A stretch of DNA of 57,733 nucleotides, taken from Mobula birostris (lineage: Eukaryota). Below are positions 52,552-57,733 of this stretch, piece by piece; within the stretch, counting starts at the first letter, position 1; each line of letters starts with the position of its first letter. Under the pieces are notes generated by a model. The model worked only from the letters and a program-made list of their open reading frames with translations, was not told the origin of the DNA and searched no databases. Location: the NCBI RefSeq assembly GCF_030028105.1, contig NC_092384.1, positions 54,815,553-54,873,285 of the forward strand, given 5' to 3'. The position numbers and the translations under genes are program-made.

Positions 52552-55201
52552 CTAGTGCAGGTGCAAGTGTTGATACTGCATTTGTTGGGTCCATTTGGAA
52601 TCCACCCAGCATAAACTGTGTGTCAGTTGCATTTTCCAGCTTTAGGCCCGGGAGGTTCATGTTCTGGGCCAGGTAGTACTGGTAAAGCTCGGCCTCTGCG
52701 GGTGCCAGGTTGCTGAGGCCTAAGTGCCTGTTGTGCTGGATCTGGTTCATGTTCTGCTGGAGCAGCATCATGTTGTGCATGTGCTTCTCGCTGGTCATGT
52801 GAATGCGCAGGTTCCTGGCTACATTCGTTTCATAGTCACACACCTCGCACCGCCAAGTGGGCTTGGTTTTTGGTTTGGTGGGCGAGGAAGCCCCGCACGA
52901 GCTCATACTAGCGGCAGCAGCGGCCGCGGCCGCCACCGCTGCTCCAGCAGAGTGGCTAAAAACTTGGTCGCCTCCGCCATTCTGTAAGTTCTGCATGTTA
53001 TTGAGATGCTTGTCGGACTGCATATGAATACTGAGATTGCCTTTGGTTGTAGTGGAGTAGTTACACACCTCACATCGGAAAGGCTTGTAACCACATGTAT
53101 AACTCTCGCCCCGGGCTAACCGAGGGTGAGGTTGCCCAGATTTGCAATATGCACATGAGCCACCGGATTCGGGGTGCTTTTCCTTCATGTGGGCCTCCAG
53201 CGTCTGCTGGTACTTGTAGTGCCAGTTGCACTTTGGACACTTCAAGGTCTTGCACGAGTTCCGAGAATGCATCATGGTCATGTGCCCGCCAAGGGACCGG
53301 GAGGAACCCAGGACCGTGTCGCACTTCGGACACTCAACGGTGCTTCCAGATGAGCATTCCCCACCCCCCAGGTTGCAGGGAGTGCTGGCATGCTGGTGAT
53401 GGGAGGCATAGTTTCCTTCCTCGCCATCGACAGGTTCATTTGGTTCAGGAGCTGTGGCACTGTCTTTATTGGCACTTTCATCTACAAAGTCCGTCCTATT
53501 ACTCTCAGCATTACCGACACAGCTGTCGCCGCTTGCACTGTCGTTTGACAAGCTCACTGCATTCCTCCCATTTGCACCATCGAAAACAACAAAGGAAGAA
53601 GTAGAAGAAGAAGAGGTGCCCCTCGGAGAAGGGTTCAGCACATTAGGCATTAAAGGAGATTTAGAAATGCTTTGGTTTGAGAGAGTGAGTTCCTTGTTGC
53701 TACATGCATCAGCCTCAGGGTCTTCCTGGGGCTCATCATCATCCTCATCTGACTCATTTGGGAACAGTTCTTTGCACTCCTCATCTTCCTCTGCTTGCTC
53801 AGCAGAGTCCGCCTTTTCCATGAGGCTACTGTCAGCGCTAAACTCTCCACTGGCTTTTTTCTTCTCAATTTCCATCCCCAAATCCTTGCTCTCTGACGTT
53901 TTGGTCGGCCCGGAAGCAAGGTGGCCCAGAGGGACTGAGGTAATTGGGGTCTTTAGGGCTGAGCTCGTCAACCCTCCAAGATTCAACAGAGCACTTTGTG
54001 CCAGCGGGATTGAATGAGGCTGCTCAGATGCACTCGCATTACTTTCAGAGTCTTTTAATAAAGCCAAACCAGCCTGGACAGCCTCATCACCATCAACATG
54101 GATTCCACTGAAAGTACCGTAGAAATTCTGACCAGGGCCAATGAGGTTAGCTGTGGAAACTAAAGGGTTTTGAAAGTTTTTGTTTTTTGGTTCCAGAAAG
54201 CTTATAAGAGGTTCCTTGTCTTTGCCTATCCCTTGGATGATAGCAGACACGTTCTTATTACTTAAGAGCTTGTGCTCCTCTTCACTAAGGGTCATTCGGT
54301 GGTCATGCACAGCATGCGTTACAAATGACCTCACATATCCAAAAGACAACTTGCACAAAAAACACATTAAAATCGGCTTTCGTTTGCCATAGAGCACGAA
54401 ACTGTCAAACTTAGATAAGTCCACATTGTTAGGGACATCTTTGGATACACAAGAGTTTTTGGCAGAGCCATCACTGTTCAGGTAATCCTTGTTGCTTTTG
54501 TGTCGCACATCAAAAACACGGAAAGTGTGCAAGACAGGACTGATGCCTGTCAGTGCTGAGGTATTTGGGAATGCCTGGTCAGAACCAAACCACTTCCCAA
54601 AAGATGAGGCTATGTGAAAAGTGTTGATGATCTGTGGATAGACAGAAACGGATGCTGCAGAGGTGGACTCCCCTTGCTTATTCCCAGCGTTGGACATAGA
54701 GTTCATGAACAATGCTGGGAGAACACTACTGCCACTGGGCCCTCCAGATTGGATACTTTGCATTAACTGGTTCACATTCTCTACAATGTAGGCAGAGCCA
54801 TCTGGCTGATAGACAATCTCCCCAACCAGGTTCTCCACATCGCTCTCCTCTGCCTCGCTCATTTCACTGTCACTTTCCTCCTGGAGGAGCTGAGGATGCG
54901 AGTTCGGGCAATGGTGTTCCATGTACTTTTGTAAACTTGAGAAAGAGGATGAACACTCGTTGCAGCTGATCTCCTTGGTAGACAACGTGCTGTGTGGAAC
55001 AACAGCCGCCGCAGCAGTCTCTGAGCTGCACTCGTCGAAGGGTGACCTTAGGTTCTCACACGGGATGCAGTTCTCTTGTGCAGACTCCATTGAACCAACT
55101 TTATCAGAGACCTGGGGATTGGATTCAGTCCATTCCTGATGCTGGGAGGTGCTACACCCATCCTCTTGCCCAGTGATGGTAGGGGAGTCACAGGTTTCCA
55201 T
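52552..55201 (-). CDS. ZFHX3: ZFHX3/ATBF1 zinc finger homeobox protein 3, first coding exon (equivalent to human exon 2; 883 codons + 1 nt)
   Basis: ORF 52541..55201 has ZFHX3-type motifs ([77 protein letters not shown]), several C2H2/U1-type zinc fingers and a poly-Ala tract. Donor CTA G|GTAAT (GT = 52551-52550) is phase 1 and matches the next exon (G+TT = Val). The ZFHX3-over-ZFHX4 call comes from recalled human sequences. Confidence 0.96.
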
Positions 55202-55247
55202 AGTGATGACTACATGGGCGTTTCATTGCATCCAGTCGGGCAGGGGC
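55202..55247 (-). other. ZFHX3: 5' UTR portion of the ZFHX3 first coding exon, with three upstream AUGs
   Basis: Minus strand reads cttactgttttgtttcaatttttAG|gcccctgcccgactggATGcaATGaaacgcccATGtagtcatcactATG. A polypyrimidine tract precedes the AG at 55249-55248. Confidence 0.8.
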
Positions 55248-55859
55248 CTAAAAATTGAAACAAAACAGTAAGTGCCTTGCATAAAGAAATAAACTCTTAC
55301 ATCTGACATTTCACTAATAAATACTTCATAACAAATTGGCCCTTAGAGTAGTATATTCCTTCTACATTTTTCCTAGAAAGAAAATGGAGTATCTACAAAA
55401 TTAACACTCCATAAAATCTGAAAGTGTGAATCACTGCTGGCAACTCAAGTAGACAAAGGCTCAACTATTCTGTATGAAATTTCTCTGCCCACTTTTTTCG
55501 CAGGGGTGTTAACTCCTTTCGTAAATCACTCAGCGCTGGAGTTAGAAGACCAGTCAGCAAAATGTCATACGATTGTGTCAAATCCTCACCCACTAATGGT
55601 GCCTGTGATTTCCAAGCAAATACAAACCAGAATCATTCCTAAACTGTTTCTTCAGAGCACCTCCAAAAATCAATAGAAACTCCACATAAGGAACAAATAG
55701 TACAGCATAGCCGCCAAACTCTGAGGACCATTTATTATGGCAGCAGGTCTTGGGCCTGTGAGGAGAAAGTGAGAAGGAAGATACCTTGTGTATTGCAGTC
55801 CTGCATTTAAACTATGTATTTGCGCACACCATATGTTAAAATTGTTTTTCTCTCTGCAT

Positions 55860-56200
55860 AGTCCGGTTGCATAGTGTTAAGTTACTGTTGGACTGATATT
55901 CAAAAGCCTGGACTATTGATCTGCAGACATGAATTTGAATCCTATTATGGCATCTGGGGAATTTAAATTCTAGCAAACAAATAAAATATGGAATAATCTG
56001 TTAGTATGAAAATAATGTTTTAAAAACCCATTTGACTCATTAATGTCCTACAGGGAAGTAAATCTGCCATCCTCACTTGGTCTGGCTTACATCTGACTTC
56101 AGATCCATCAATGTGTTGACTCTGAACTGTCTCCTCACTTTAGGGGCAATTAGGGGGTGGCTACTAAGTGCTAACATTGCCTGCAATATCCATATCCTCC
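55860..56200 (+). mobile_element. Old chondrichthyan tRNA-derived SINE (related decayed minus-strand copy at ~29235-29500)
   Basis: tRNA-like head (gcatagtg...tttgaatcc), body aaaacccatttgactcattaatgtcc...agggaagtaaatctgccatcct...ggggcaattaggg and a tail complementary to 29245-29290. Confidence 0.6.
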
Positions 56201-56221
56201 ATTCTCAATTCTACGCTATAG

Positions 56222-56430
56222 TGATCAGTTTAGAGATGCAGCCCCAACAAGCCGTGCCAACAACCTGTCTATATTAAAGACAGCCTAATCCCAGGACAAT
56301 TTATAATTGAAACCCACATGGACACAGGGAGAATGTATAAACTCTTTACAGACAGTGTGGGAATGAAATTCAAACTCTGACCCCGAAATGTAACAGCGTC
56401 GTACTAGCTGCTACGCTACCGTGGCACCCA
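56222..56430 (-). mobile_element. tRNA-derived SINE, internally deleted
   Basis: tttagagatgcag...gcctaatcccaggacaattta...gctacgctaccgtggcaccc. Confidence 0.7.
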
Positions 56431-57733
56431 CATGTTGCTACATCCTCACCTTTGAACGGACAAAGAGTCTTGTGACAATTAAAAAGCAGGGAGGTTAAAT
56501 GGTTTCCAACATTTTCCAGAAGCACAAACCTGACACCAAACCAACAACACGGAGAGTCAATATTATCCATCTCTCAGCAAAGAATAGTGATTTTTGCTTT
56601 AATATCAAAGCGGGGGGATGGGGAAGTCATTTACAATTTTCAAATTTCCAACTTTGCACGGTCTTTTTTCTGGTAATTGCAGAAAATTGCAAGACAACAG
56701 AAATACTTCTACGCAACCTGGATATAAATGATGTAACTGAGCTTTAATGTCATCGAAAATGCTGCAACCATTACTGATCAGCAGTGGGCTCTGGGACTGC
56801 TGGACCCTTCTTCACCAACTGACAGCGTGATGAACTAGTGAAGCAAACATTTACTTAACCCAAGTTCAATCAATATACTTTATTCACAAAATTTCCACTC
56901 TAGAAACCAGTCCAGCAGGCAACTGGCTGAAGGCTAGGTATGTCTGAAGCATTCTAAGCACATCGCTCTCCAAAATGAGATTATTTTAAAAAAACAACAG
57001 AGCAAGTATCACTAATGCAATTACCAATGTTTTTTACAGTCTAAAGTGGATTGTCTGTAGTTCTACCTTGCAACAGGACTGGAACAGTAATACTGTTTGC
57101 CCATAGTGCTTTACTTTGACTGACATCTGCTCAGTTACAAGTGCCCTAAAATGTCACTAATTATAAATGAGATTTATAGTGCGTGCATTCAGTGCCATGT
57201 ATGACATTGCAGCTTTCATAGAAGGTGAATATTCTATAGCAATCATTTAAATGAAGCCACAGAAGATTTCAAAGGCATCAGCAATTTCCTAAACTGTTGG
57301 AGTTGAATAACATTAACTCTTCTTGGCCGTAACAGATGAACAAACTTGAAACTACCTAGCTTTTATTATGAAGTCTGAACGTTTTAAACTGCTAATGAAT
57401 GCATTGGATTTAATTTGGTATTCAGGTTCTTCAGACAATGGGATAAATCAGGAAGTATTCTACTTCGGTTGGTGTTACTTTGGCAGTGATATCTGAAGGG
57501 CCCCCTTCTTCAAAATGAGGCACAGGGTCTTTTACATCCTTCCAATCAGGCAGTATTGCCATGCAGAATTTTCAGAAGATGCTATCTCTGACACCATGCA
57601 CTAGACCTAGATTTGAGGAGGTATCAATGAATCCTGGAATTCAGAGTAATAATGTATATAAGAAGGCCAAAATTTTCACATGGATTTTGTGCTTATCCTC
57701 CTTAAAACTAGTTCCTTTAGTCCGAATCCCGTT

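Noticed and set aside
52724-55176. Several + strand ORFs (e.g. 53454..54017, 53095..53604) and alternative-frame minus ORFs
   Set aside because: They are antisense or off-frame shadows of the ZFHX3 coding exon and show no recognisable motifs.

Overview
This is eukaryotic genomic DNA from a vertebrate, almost certainly a cartilaginous fish and probably a ray or skate (inferred from the repeat landscape). The window covers part of ZFHX3 (ATBF1) on the minus strand. It holds the large first coding exon (CDS 55201..52552, acceptor at 55247), a ~20 kb intron, the 497-bp next exon (32682..32186) and more than 32 kb of the following intron. I did not find the next exon in the window. The introns contain Rex1/Babar and CR1 LINE fragments, tRNA-derived SINEs (HE1/V-SINE-like and DeuSINE-like), Tc1 and hAT DNA transposon derivatives, a degraded Penelope-like element (PLE) and repeat-free blocks that look like conserved non-coding elements. 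The top finding is a young, TSD-flanked, ~290-bp PLE-derived palindrome (25144..25429). Its two 112-bp arms differ by one base, and it carries an intact minimal type I hammerhead ribozyme on each strand. At least five decayed relatives of this hammerhead-bearing repeat occur elsewhere in the window. Other highlights are a 1.59-kb fold-back Tc1 element built from two inverted transposase 3' halves, and three upstream AUGs within 30 nt of the ZFHX3 start codon. Everything was read by eye with no database searches. Repeat boundaries are approximate unless TIRs or TSDs are quoted.
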